Shown in pieces: positions 10,206 through 19,546 of a DNA stretch of 39,568 nt; within the stretch, counting starts at the first letter, position 1, and the number at the start of each line of letters is the position of its first letter. Source of the stretch: Pseudomonadota bacterium (GTDB lineage: Bacteria; Pseudomonadota; Alphaproteobacteria; Acetobacterales; Acetobacteraceae); contig JAKAZY010000002.1 of the NCBI GenBank assembly GCA_021826425.1, positions 1 to 39,568 of the forward strand, written 5' to 3'. The notes under the pieces were generated by a model. It saw only the letters and a list, made by a program, of their open reading frames with translations, searched no databases and had not been told where the DNA came from. A program made the position numbers and the translations under genes.

Positions 10206-10682
10206 ATGAAAACGGCTCGTTTTCAGGCGAGCGCTTCATGTGACATCTTTCCAGAAAGCCGGGACATGCAACAGGGCCTTGAGACGAATGTACAGCCCCT
10301 GCGCCAACGCAGTATTGATCCGCTCCGGCACATATTTGTTCGTGACCTGGTGCTGCTGGCGCGCATTGGTGTGCATGCGCATGAGCAGCAGGGCCAGCAG
10401 CGCATTCGCGTGAATTTGGATGTTGAAGTCCGTCTGGAAGCGCCCCTGCACGACAGTTTGCACAACACGATCTGCTACGATGTTATTACAAAAGCCGTGC
10501 GCGCCTTGGCGGCGGGAGCGCATGTCCAACTCGTCGAGTCCTTCGCTGAGCGTGTTTTGGACATTTGCCTCTCAGACCCGCGGGCACGTCAGGCGACGGT
10601 GACGGTCGAGAAGCTCGATGTTTACGATGATGCGCAAGCGGTTGGGGTTACGGTATCGGCCGCCAATATCTCCCGGACATGA
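10206..10682 (+). CDS. folB: Dihydroneopterin aldolase (start may be ATG 10266)
   Basis: IFVRDL...IGVHAHE...QRIRVNLDV, TICYD, LVESFAERV, VTVEK motifs of FolB. Confidence 0.85.
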   Translation: MKTARFQASASCDIFPESRDMQQGLETNVQPLRQRSIDPLRHIFVRDLVLLARIGVHAHEQQGQQRIRVNLDVEVRLEAPLHDSLHNTICYDVITKAVRALAAGAHVQLVESFAERVLDICLSDPRARQATVTVEKLDVYDDAQAVGVTVSAANISRT

Positions 10683-10723
10683 CCCCGGGGTGCTAATGGC
10701 GCCGATCGGCAAGTTTTCCTTCT

Positions 10724-10899
10724 TAGAGCGTTCAGCTTTCAGCTGAACGCTCTAATTTTATGTTTGAGCGAGCAATTTTATGCACTTATCTTGGCGCCGC
10801 CGCGTCAAGCTGAATCCGCCTCTAAAACAATGAGATAGAGGGCGATTCAGACTTTAGGCTCGCTCGTAAAGTGAGCGAACCTAAAGTCATCGCGCTCTA
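10724..10899. repeat. Mosaic palindromic intergenic repeat (type B part fused to type A part)
   Basis: 10724-~10810 is an inverted near-copy of 18605-18692; ~10811-10899 matches the right part of 35305-35443. Confidence 0.85.
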
Positions 10900-11005
10900 G
10901 CGGCCTGACCGGCCTGCCTGTGCCCCGTGCTCCAAGAGATGAACTGCCTGCGCGGCTACCTCTTGCGCCCTACAATTACTGGGTTTGCGTCCATGGACGC
11001 GGGTA

Positions 11006-13597
11006 TTATGCCGCCCTGGGCGTTCGCAACCTGGTCGGCAGCTGGCGCACAGACTTCACACGCGGATACGGCATCTCTTGGATGGGTTCCACAGGCGCTG
11101 TGCGCTCGTCCCAGTTGGAGAAATGCATGCGATCCACATTATCCACGAATGACTCAACCAGTGCGCCCTCGGCATAGAGCAACTCGTGCGAGGCGAGTTC
11201 CACGTGATAATAGGTGAAGCTCTCGGGCACGTTGCGCTCGCGGCTGATGCCCGGTTGGCCGATAAGGGCCGCGGCTTGCACCAGCACATCTTTCAGGAAC
11301 AGGGCATGGTCGGGAGAGACCAGAAGGTCGCGCTGCGGCAGGCCGCCGCCCAGTGCGCCCGCGGCAATGCGGATAGGCAAACACCGCAGCGGGTCGGCAA
11401 AACGCGTAGAGACATGGCTTTCGCCGATCCAGCGCACGGGCTTTGGCCCGTTGGAGGTGAGCACAAGGTCGCCCACACGCAAGGCTTCCACCGCAATCTC
11501 ACCCGAAGATGTGGCAATCGCCGTGCCGGGGTAGAAGCATAACAGCGAAATCTGGAAGCCAGCCGAAGTGGGGTTCAGGTAAAAACTATTGACATTGACC
11601 CAACCGGGCTCGCTCGCGAAGGTGATATATTCGGTGACACCTGGGAGAGAGAGAGTGAACAGGTCACCGTTGAAACTATAGCCGAAGGAGCTGGGGTTGA
11701 GATCGGTGAAGGTGAGCGTATCGCCGACGGTGAAGCCCGTGATGGTAACGCCATTTATGGGCGAGGAATAGGCAAGTTCGGAGGTGGTGCCTTCCAGGTT
11801 CCAGTTTGAGCCGCTGGTGAAGGAGATATTGTTAAAACCACCGAAGCTGCCGCCCATGTTCAGCGTGCCGCTGCCCGCGCCCAGCACCAGAGTGCCGTTT
11901 GATCCGGCCGTGACTTTTCCGATGAAGCTGGCACCAGGATCGACGAATAGCTTGTCGTTGTAATGGCCAAGGAACGCATAAGACGTACCGGAAATCAGCC
12001 CGGAATTCACCAGCGTTGCCCCGCCGTTCACCAGCTTCACGCCATAACCGGAACTCGCCTCGATGGTGCCGTGGTTGATAAGCGTACCATTCAGCAGATC
12101 CACGCCGGCGGACTGACCGCTGATGGTGCCGTTATTGACAACGCTTGCGTAGCTATTGGCCTGTATGGCTCTAGGCCCCAGGATATCGCCCTGCGCTGTG
12201 TTCAGCAGGTAGCCATTGCTGAACTTCACGCCGTAATCGGTGCCGCTGATCGTGCCGCTATTGTTGGCGTTAAGCGTTACATTCGAAAAACCCGCGTAAA
12301 TTGCATATTTGCCACCGATGCTGCCGGTGTTGGTGATGCTGGCATTGGCTCCCAGCCGGATGCCTTGATAGCTGCCGTAAATCGAACCCTGGTTCAGGAT
12401 TGTGTCGCCAGGGTGGGAGACGGTAATGGCGGTGCGCGCGTTTACCACACCAGTGCTGGTCACCGTCAGGCCGGTATCGCCGCCCAGCATTATGCCGGTG
12501 CTCGTGCTGGTGCTAACAACAATATTGCCTTGAACCGTGACGTCCGTACCGCCCACGCCATCTGCCTTAAGGCCGAAGCTTGCGCTGGTATAACGGCCAA
12601 GCTCATTTGTAAGCGTCAGGGCCTGGGTGGTGCTGCCGTTGGATAGCGTTAACACCCCCGCCTGAAACGTTTCGGAGGTTGCGGCAAAACCGGCAAGGTC
12701 GATCGTATCGCCACCGCCAAAGCCTGAAATCGTCTGGCCCGCCGTCAACTCCGCGGAGGTGCCTTGCAACAACCAGGAGGAGCCTGCTTCAAATGCGATG
12801 GTGTTGAAACCGGTGAAGCTTCCGTTCATGGAGAGCGTTCCGGTGTAACCAGAAATGGTGGCAAGCCCCAGAAAGCCGGAACTAACCGCGACGCTGCCTA
12901 CGAAGCTGGTTTGCTGGCTTGTGGCGATCAGAGACGTGGGACCATTGGCTTTCAGCGCGTAGGTTGCACCTTGCAGCAGACCGCCATCGGCGACGGTGCC
13001 GCCATTTGTAAGAGAGACGGCGACGCCCGCAGATGAGATGATCTTGCCATCACTATAGACATAGCCTGGAGCGGAGAGCACGACGCCGTTATTCTGGCCG
13101 CTGATATAACCGTAATTTTTGACGCTGCCCATACCGGAGAGCAAAATTCCAGTGTCTGTGCCGTAGATGGAGGTATAGTTCGTTACAGATCCACTTACCA
13201 GGCTCACGCCGATGGCGCCGCTGATCGTGCCGGAATAGTTGTAAACCACCAGCGTGCCGCTGCCGCCGTAAATGCCGGTTTGTACGCCACGGATGTTGCC
13301 ATAATTCGTCACCGTCAGGTTTCCGCCCGCGGATTTGATGCCCGTGTCACCGGAGATGACGCCGCCGGTATTATTTGTGATGGCCCCTCCGCCCAGGAGA
13401 TAAATGCCGGCACCGCCCGTCAGCGTTGAGTCGATGCTACCCGAATTGACCACCGTCGCCGCGGTGCTGCTGGGCACATACACCGCGAAGGCGTTGGTTC
13501 CTGCGCCGATGGTGCCTGTGCTGGTAACTGTTAAATTGCCCGAGGGAGAAAGCGTGAGAGGGCCAGGCTGATAGCTGCTGACGGTGGTTCCAGACAT
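11006..13597 (-). CDS. Gly/Asn/Thr-rich adhesin-like repeat protein with C-terminal Hint_2 (B-type bacterial intein-like) domain
   Basis: 863 aa; NxGxIxG repeats and two copies of a GSFxGFNxIxFxxGSxWxLxGT module; C-terminal LCFYPGTAIAT...LRVGDLV...SPDHAL...YYHVEL...AEGALVESF Hint_2 signature. Confidence 0.88.
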   Translation of the reverse strand: MSGTTVSSYQPGPLTLSPSGNLTVTSTGTIGAGTNAFAVYVPSSTAATVVNSGSIDSTLTGGAGIYLLGGGAITNNTGGVISGDTGIKSAGGNLTVTNYGNIRGVQTGIYGGSGTLVVYNYSGTISGAIGVSLVSGSVTNYTSIYGTDTGILLSGMGSVKNYGYISGQNNGVVLSAPGYVYSDGKIISSAGVAVSLTNGGTVADGGLLQGATYALKANGPTSLIATSQQTSFVGSVAVSSGFLGLATISGYTGTLSMNGSFTGFNTIAFEAGSSWLLQGTSAELTAGQTISGFGGGDTIDLAGFAATSETFQAGVLTLSNGSTTQALTLTNELGRYTSASFGLKADGVGGTDVTVQGNIVVSTSTSTGIMLGGDTGLTVTSTGVVNARTAITVSHPGDTILNQGSIYGSYQGIRLGANASITNTGSIGGKYAIYAGFSNVTLNANNSGTISGTDYGVKFSNGYLLNTAQGDILGPRAIQANSYASVVNNGTISGQSAGVDLLNGTLINHGTIEASSGYGVKLVNGGATLVNSGLISGTSYAFLGHYNDKLFVDPGASFIGKVTAGSNGTLVLGAGSGTLNMGGSFGGFNNISFTSGSNWNLEGTTSELAYSSPINGVTITGFTVGDTLTFTDLNPSSFGYSFNGDLFTLSLPGVTEYITFASEPGWVNVNSFYLNPTSAGFQISLLCFYPGTAIATSSGEIAVEALRVGDLVLTSNGPKPVRWIGESHVSTRFADPLRCLPIRIAAGALGGGLPQRDLLVSPDHALFLKDVLVQAAALIGQPGISRERNVPESFTYYHVELASHELLYAEGALVESFVDNVDRMHFSNWDERTAPVEPIQEMPYPRVKSVRQLPTRLRTPRAA

Positions 13598-13801
13598 GTT
13601 GCCCCCAGGATAATGGATATATTTTTATTAATTATGTCGTAATATATTTATCGCCAGAGGGCAAAAAAATATTTTTTGATGAATTTATCCTGCGCCGGAC
13701 AATTTTTTACCGGATAATCCGCAAGGCCAGTTCCGCCGAACCAAGGCGATCGGCGGCGATTATGGCTTGAGAAAACAGACAGCAACCAGGATACAATCGG
13801 T

Positions 13802-13862
13802 TAGAGCCGGATGATTTCAGGCTCGCTCACAAAATGAGCGACCCTGACTTCAGCGCACTCTA
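13802..13862. repeat. Single-unit type A palindromic repeat; its CTA end is the dehydrogenase stop codon
   Basis: TAGAGCCGGATGA-TTTCAGGCTCGCTC-ACAAAAT-GAGCGACCCTGA...CACTCTA. Confidence 0.8.
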
Positions 13863-15944
13863 GAAATCCGGCGAAAGTTCTGTGACTTCACGGCGGAAGC
13901 TTAGCCTGTCACCCCATTCCTCGGTCCAGACCCCGGTATCCAGCTCTCGCGCATAGCGATGTCCCGCAAAGACAGCCCAGGCTATCGGGCCAGGGGCGGC
14001 GGCATCGCCGATGAGCTGCACGGAGTTAATGCCGGCATCCGCCCAATCCGTTTGGCGCGCCCGAAGCTGGTGGTAAAGACCATTATTGGCCTGGCGCGAG
14101 GCGACCATGATCAATGCGTTTGCCTCCAGCACATTCCGCGCATCCGTGTAGACGCAATTCGTCTCCACCCCGTCGGCGCGGATTTCCGTGACGCCAGTAT
14201 TCAGCAGGATCTTCACCCCGGTCTCAATCAGGCGCCGGTGGATTGCGGCTTGTTCCAGCGTGTTGCGCGTCCAGTCTGAAACATAGGCGCAGGGGGTGAC
14301 GAGAACCACCTCGCAGCCCGCCTGAGCCAGACGTTCAGCGACAACACCGCCCATATAGTAATGATCGTCATCGAACAGCACGACGCGGCCAGTGGGCAGG
14401 TGGCCATTCATGATATCGTCCGGCGTGAAGACGGGTAAGTTGCCGCGAACTGGCATAGGAACCACATGCTGGCGCGCCACACCATCCGCCCGCCAGACGC
14501 TGCCGGTGGCGATGCAGATATTCTGAAAGCCGAATTCCAGAACTTCATCAACACCCAGTTCCGAGCCCGGATACATTTGCACGTTTGGGCGCTGGCTCAG
14601 CTGATACAGGCGGTAATCCATCACCCGCCCCCAGGCGGAGAGGCCGGGCAGCAGACGCTCGCGCGCCACGCGCCCGCCGAAGCTCTCCTTCGCCTCGGCC
14701 AGGGCGACATCGTAACCGCGCAGGCTTAAGGCGCGCGCCGCTTCCAGCCCAGCTGGGCCGGAGCCGATAACCAGAACGTTCTCCGAGGCCCCTTTCCCTG
14801 CAATTTTTTCCGGGTGCCAGCCCCGGCGCCACTCTTCCATGAAGGTGGGGTTCTGCGTGCAACGGCTGACAGACATCGTCATGTCTCCGGTGATGCAGAT
14901 ATTGCAGCCGATGCATTCGCGAATATCCTCCTCACGCCCTTCGTCGATCTTACGCGGCAGGAACGGGTCAGCGATGGAAGGCCGGGCGCAGCCAATGAAA
15001 TCCAGCACACCCTGACGGACAAGGCGCGCCATTACATCCGGTGAGGTGAATCGCCCCACCCCCACCACGGGCTTGGAGGTAAGATCCTTAATGCCTTTCA
15101 CCAGCAGCTCCTGCGCCGCCTCCTCTTTGAAGCGGGAAGGTCCGGAACAATCCTCCCAGGTGCCATGTGCCAGGTCCCATAGATCCGGAAGATCCTTGTT
15201 CATCGCTATGAAGTCGTGAACCTCAGCGTTTGAGAAGCCGAGATCGCCAATTGTTTCATCCAGACTGACTCGTAGGGTGATGGCCATCGTGTCGCCAACG
15301 GCATCGCGGATGTCGGCAACGACTTCATTCACGAAGCGAGCGCGGTTTTCGAGGCTGCCGCCGTATTCATCCGTACGCTGATTGGTGGCGCGAGAGAGGA
15401 AGTGCTGAAACACACCGAAGCCGTGCGCACCATAGAGGCAGATAAGATCGAACCCCGCAATTTTGCAACGTTTTGCTGCGTTCACGAACCAGCGACGAAG
15501 ATTTTTGATGTCGCCTTTGTCCATCGCGCGGGCCTGGACAGGATCGTTGGTGAAGGTGCGGATGGGCAGGGCAGAGGGAGCGAGTGGAATTTCCTTGGTG
15601 TAGAGATTCGGGCCATTAATGCCGGAATAGGCGAGCTGGATGCCCGCCAGGGCGCCGTGGGATTTCATGGCATCGGACATGCGGCGCAAGGAGGGAATAT
15701 CTGCATCCTCCCAAAGGCGCAGTTCGATGAAGGGGGTGATTTCGGATGTCTGGTGCATTTCGGTCTGTTCGGTGAAGATCACACCCCAGCCGCCTTCGGA
15801 TTTGATTTTTCGCATCGTGGCAACCGCCGAAGGATCGCGATAGCCGCCACCATTGCAATGCGGCACCTGGTAGAAACGATTCTTGGCGATTAGCGGGCCG
15901 ATGTTTAGCGGTTCAAACAGGATATCGTAGCTGGGATTGCGCAT
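13860..15944 (-). CDS. Histamine/trimethylamine/dimethylamine dehydrogenase family Fe-S flavoprotein (looks closest to histamine dehydrogenase)
   Basis: Start at ATG 15944 (MRNPSYDILFEP); NRFYQVPHC (6-S-cysteinyl-FMN Cys), LYGAHG, RECIGCNIC...RCTQN 4Fe-4S motif, GSGPAG ADP motif. Confidence 0.85.
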   Translation of the reverse strand: MRNPSYDILFEPLNIGPLIAKNRFYQVPHCNGGGYRDPSAVATMRKIKSEGGWGVIFTEQTEMHQTSEITPFIELRLWEDADIPSLRRMSDAMKSHGALAGIQLAYSGINGPNLYTKEIPLAPSALPIRTFTNDPVQARAMDKGDIKNLRRWFVNAAKRCKIAGFDLICLYGAHGFGVFQHFLSRATNQRTDEYGGSLENRARFVNEVVADIRDAVGDTMAITLRVSLDETIGDLGFSNAEVHDFIAMNKDLPDLWDLAHGTWEDCSGPSRFKEEAAQELLVKGIKDLTSKPVVGVGRFTSPDVMARLVRQGVLDFIGCARPSIADPFLPRKIDEGREEDIRECIGCNICITGDMTMSVSRCTQNPTFMEEWRRGWHPEKIAGKGASENVLVIGSGPAGLEAARALSLRGYDVALAEAKESFGGRVARERLLPGLSAWGRVMDYRLYQLSQRPNVQMYPGSELGVDEVLEFGFQNICIATGSVWRADGVARQHVVPMPVRGNLPVFTPDDIMNGHLPTGRVVLFDDDHYYMGGVVAERLAQAGCEVVLVTPCAYVSDWTRNTLEQAAIHRRLIETGVKILLNTGVTEIRADGVETNCVYTDARNVLEANALIMVASRQANNGLYHQLRARQTDWADAGINSVQLIGDAAAPGPIAWAVFAGHRYARELDTGVWTEEWGDRLSFRREVTELSPDF

Positions 15945-15970
15945 GGGATCGGTCTTTTTTTTCAAGCGAT

Positions 15971-16279
15971 TTATAATTGGGGCGTCGCGTGGGACGAACC
16001 TGGCGCCGTGGCCATCGCGACATAGCCTATGCGATACGCCGCCATACGATCTTTGGTGACAAATTCGTCCGGACCGTTGTCCTCTAACTTAAGGTTGGAA
16101 AACTGGTCGTGCCAAGTCGGCCCGTCGGCAACGAGGCTATCCTGGCGTCCTGTGCACCAAGCCTCGACCCTGCGATGCATTTCCAGCGCCAGACGGGGAA
16201 TGCCAGCGCTACCGAGATGCTCGCTCGGGGCGATGCCGGTCTGTCCGTCTTCGACAAGCAGCGTATCGGTGTTTTCCAT
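15971..16279 (-). CDS. Hypothetical protein
   Basis: 102-aa ATG ORF filling the gap just upstream of, and co-oriented with, the dehydrogenase; no family recognised. Confidence 0.4.
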   Translation of the reverse strand: MENTDTLLVEDGQTGIAPSEHLGSAGIPRLALEMHRRVEAWCTGRQDSLVADGPTWHDQFSNLKLEDNGPDEFVTKDRMAAYRIGYVAMATAPGSSHATPQL

Positions 16280-16616
16280 CGGTATATCTGCATTCCCGTT
16301 TTCATTAATCGCAATACTGGTCCGGCGTAGGCTGTGCTGTTCGGTCTAAATGAGGGGCTGATCAGCAACAATTATGTTTTCTCGTTGCACTGGTTAGGTT
16401 GGCTGAACCTTAGTGTTGCCAGTTCCACGTGGGCTGTCGTGCTCGGTTTTGGCGGCCTGCGCGAAATTTTGGGCCAGCGTGATTGAGATGCCGTGGTAAT
16501 CTCCCTGAAATTAGGGGATTGATAAGAGGAATTTTCTTGGCACATTGCTTGAAGAGATTCGAAACCTCCGGTAGATCAGGTTGTCAATGTCTCAAACTAT
16601 CTGACGACTGATCGCG

Positions 16617-18560
<1,944 letters not shown>

Positions 18561-18586
18561 TCCTCGGTACCTTGCGTTATTTCATC

Positions 18587-18692
18587 TAGGAGGAATCTGC
18601 ATTTAGATTGACGCGGCGGCATCAAGGTAAATGCATGAAATTGCTCGCTTAAACACAAAACTAGCGCGTTCAGCTTTTAGCTGAACGCGCTA
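18587..18692. repeat. Type B palindromic intergenic repeat (two units, 10-bp linker)
   Basis: Ends in TAGCGCGTTCAGC-TTTTA-GCTGAACGCGCTA; its reverse complement aligns over about 85 bp with 10724-10810. Confidence 0.85.
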
Positions 18693-19042
18693 GCCGCGCT
18701 TGGCGCCGCGCACGCGGTGGCAGGCGGATTATGGCACGCCAGGATTGAAAAAATGGCGCCATCGACGGCTTTGAATATTGTTGCGAGGCAGCCGGTTTCA
18801 TCGGAAGCATTCTCATGGACCGGCTCGCGCGTTCGATGCGCTTTCTGTTGGGGCGAGCAGGTGAGGCCGCAGCCATTTCTGCCATATACGCGCATTCCCA
18901 CGATTGCGGGCGGGGTGGCGGCTTAAACATTGCGGAGGGGAGACAGGCTCTGCACTGCCAATGGTGCCTCTGCTCGCATAAACGGGCCGGGATGCCAGAT
19001 TGTCAACGCATTTTAACGCCGTTAAATCACCCGGCTACCGGC

Positions 19043-19471
19043 TCAATGGCCGTGAAGCGTTTCCAGATAGGCAATAACGTCTTGACGCTGCGTGGCGCTG
19101 GCCATGCCGCTATAGGGCATGATTGTACCTTTAAGATAATGTCTCGGGTTGGTGAGGAAGCCATCCAGCGCTTGTTCATTCCAGATGAAATGCGCAGCTT
19201 TCATGGCCGTTGAATAGCGATGCAGCGGTGCCGTTCCAACCTCGCGGCCGTACACCCCGGCGAGTGTGGGACCGAAACGATCTGCGTCTGGCTGGATGCT
19301 ATGGCAATCGGAGCAATTTGCCTGGAAAATAGTTCGCCCGGCTTTCACATTTCCACCACCTTGAATGCCTGCCGAAGAGATGGCGTTAGCGGGGTTTTGC
19401 GCATAGGCTGGAACTGACAGCGCAAATAGAAAGCAGGTAATGGCGGGAATAGAACGGATAATCTGATACAT
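19043..19471 (-). CDS. Class I cytochrome c (cytochrome c2-like), exported
   Basis: ATG 19471 MYQIIRS...AYA|Q signal peptide; CSDCH heme motif, GPTLAGVYGR, YSTAM, GTIMPY distal Met, DVIAYL. Confidence 0.88.
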   Translation of the reverse strand: MYQIIRSIPAITCFLFALSVPAYAQNPANAISSAGIQGGGNVKAGRTIFQANCSDCHSIQPDADRFGPTLAGVYGREVGTAPLHRYSTAMKAAHFIWNEQALDGFLTNPRHYLKGTIMPYSGMASATQRQDVIAYLETLHGH

Positions 19472-19546
19472 GATATAAAAACTCTCAAAGATTTCAGGTA
19501 AAGTACGGATGACTTTATGATGTTGAAGGCCACCCATATTATTTGA

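Noticed and set aside
15945-15965. TTG start giving an MKKKTDP extension of the dehydrogenase
   Set aside because: Family members begin at MR(D/N)PxYDILFEP, so ATG 15944 is preferred.
16538-16553. TGGCACATTGCTTGAA as a sigma54 promoter
   Set aside because: The -12 GC is replaced by GA and it points into a pseudogene remnant; insufficient support.
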